Shown here piece after piece: positions 63,193 through 64,000 of a stretch of 64,000 nt of DNA (position 1 is the first letter of the stretch; the number at the start of each line of letters is the position of its first letter). The DNA is from Octopus bimaculoides. Its lineage: Eukaryota. The notes beneath the pieces were generated by a model. It saw nothing but the letters and a program-made list of their open reading frames with translations. It did not search any database and was not told where the DNA came from. Made by a program: the position numbers and the translations under genes. Where the stretch lies: contig NC_068984.1 in assembly GCF_001194135.2 (NCBI RefSeq), forward strand, positions 20,290,862-20,354,861. The letters run 5' to 3'.

Positions 63193-63366
63193 TACTACTA
63201 AAGCAGCACGGTCCCGAACGCGCAGTCTAGTCGTGAGTGGTCGATCCTAGCCTGACTCTAAACCCGCGTGTGTAAATGAATACATGTTTAGGGTTAGGAT
63301 CGACCACTCACGACTAGCTAACGCGGACGCGCGACTGCGCGTTCGGGCCGTGCTGCATTAGTAGTA
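63193..63366. mobile_element. CpG-rich nested inverted-repeat element (MITE-like)
   Basis: Outer arms TACTACTAAAGCAGCACGGTCCCGAACGCGCAGTC / GACTGCGCGTTCGGGCCGTGCTGCATTAGTAGTA; inner perfect arms TAGTCGTGAGTGGTCGATCCTA / TAGGATCGACCACTCACGACTA. Confidence 0.7.
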
Positions 63367-64000
63367 CCAGCATTTTTAGCTCAGGAGGCGATCTCGATTA
63401 AATATCGCCCATTATTCATTCCTTGCCTCACAGTTGTCTGTCTTGTTTACTTAAAACTCGGTTAATTACCTCCCGCTGGTTCTTGTAAATACCCTAATAA
63501 TAAGTGAAGTACCTAGAACTGTTTTCCTCTGCCAAAAGTAAAAGAATATTACTTGAAAGTAAAAGTGTTATTTTAATTATTTATTACAAATTATCAAAAG
63601 GATCTGATATCATTAAATATTTCTTCAAATTCGGCTTTAGCTGACTTTAAGTGATCTCATATCCTTTTCGTAATCAGGACAAAGTCGAACGTGATTATGA
63701 AGGCTTGTCATTCTGAAGGAGAAAAGCTTACGTTATTAAAATTTTAACATTTGATTGGTTTAAATGATTTTGTATGCTTAAACTAGCGAAGAAAGACTGC
63801 ATTAAAACGAGAGATTTTTGGATCGTTGTCATTTACTTGCGTGACCTAAATATATATCATTTGTGAATTTACTCTGTATTTATTTAGGTCTTAGCGCTTG
63901 CTATAAAAACTGTGCGTAAATATGGGCAAAAAGGCGGTACTGACGTATATATTTCTGTAGAATTATACAATCAAGTTTGACGTTTTTGCAGGTCAAAAAG

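Overview
AT-rich, repeat-dense eukaryotic genomic DNA with several N gaps. The SINE families, RTE-type LINE tails and microsatellite load point to a coleoid cephalopod, most likely Octopus (inferred from recognition of the repeats, not from a search). No prokaryotic features are present. Three protein-coding genes are supported. (1) CFAP70/TTC18 on the - strand: 19 GT-AG coding exons reconstructed by hand with consistent phases, ATG at 32584, running off the left edge (about 682 aa in the window). (2) A three-exon THAP zinc-finger gene on the + strand (34611-42542, 634 aa), head-to-head with CFAP70 across a short region carrying an RFX X-box. Its C-terminus is a coiled coil plus what looks like the start of a P-element/THAP9-type transposase, cut off before the catalytic core. 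(3) An intronless RNF14 RBR E3 ligase on the - strand (54998-56368). The rest is mostly transposon-derived: mariner and DD37D-type Tc1/mariner relics, a HERO-like RLE LINE, RTE and CR1-like LINE fragments, two tRNA-like SINE families and several MITEs. There are also many inverted repeats, including a perfect 176-bp-arm element in a (TA)n tract, a fold-back template-switch scar and a CpG-rich nested hairpin. A possible first exon of a fourth gene lies near 60.2 kb.
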